From: a virus
Taxonomy: Duplodnaviria; Caudoviricetes
IMG/VR virus record: IMGVR_UViG_3300042558_004043
Length of the DNA: 64,000 bases
Direction: 5' to 3' (one strand)
The notes under the pieces were generated by a model that saw nothing but the letters and a program-made list of their open reading frames with translations, was not told the DNA's origin and did no database searches. Each line of letters opens with the position of its first letter. The stretch's first letter is position 1. This document shows, piece after piece, positions 63,978 to 64,000 of the stretch. The position numbers were made by a program, and so were the translations under genes.

Positions 63978-64000
63978 AAAAAACACGTTAACTAAAATAT

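Noticed and set aside
1-64000. Stop-codon reassignment as in some large Bacteroidota phages
   Set aside because: Long genes are intact under code 11, and TAG/TGA end genes that abut the next gene (e.g. 38929, 42898, 50849)
1-64000. Bacterial chromosome or eukaryotic giant virus origin
   Set aside because: There are no housekeeping operons or NCLDV core genes; most ORFs are short phage-type hypotheticals with bacterial terminators and Bacteroidota promoters

Overview
The window is an AT-rich, gene-dense 64 kb segment of a large (jumbo/huge-type) dsDNA tailed phage genome. No database search was run; product calls come from recognising motifs. The host is almost certainly a Bacteroidota (Flavobacterium/Cytophaga-like) bacterium: many genes have TAnnTTTG -7 promoters, and there are two T9SS-sorted proteins and several lipoproteins. 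No rRNA, tRNA, tmRNA, CRISPR array or transposase was found. Recognisable genes are a PcfJ-like protein, thioredoxin, glutaredoxin, DUF3310, an N4/N6 DNA methyltransferase, a DHH phosphoesterase, DUF192, SmpB, a ferritin-like protein, a YkuD-like putative lysin, DoxX, CYTH, a nitroreductase, a fasciclin with a T9SS type A tail, a Pyr_excise glycosylase-like protein, a DnaJ-type zinc finger, two S8 subtilases, a T9SS type B protein, an Rnl1-like RNA ligase, an RmlD-like SDR, ThyA and DUF2452. The main unexplained pattern is about 30 otherwise unrelated proteins that share short N-terminal leaders (MKYLITESQ-, ISEEEK-, IxEELxRI- and LxESIxKVL-type, often ending in [LI]-x-E). Most of these genes sit just behind a TATTTAT motif, and 11 of them form a tandem cassette array at 22.4-26.2 kb. 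I interpret this as a candidate capsid-targeting (T4 CTS-like) cargo system, which is inference. Other notable features are a hairpin-dense non-coding region (26.9-27.7 kb), a G-quadruplex/C-run locus at a divergent transcription switch (28.7-29.3 kb), six same-orientation ~45 bp intergenic repeats (30.3-35.5 kb), a 66 bp repeat gene with hypervariable linkers, and a Shine-Dalgarno-coupled mini-cassette cluster.
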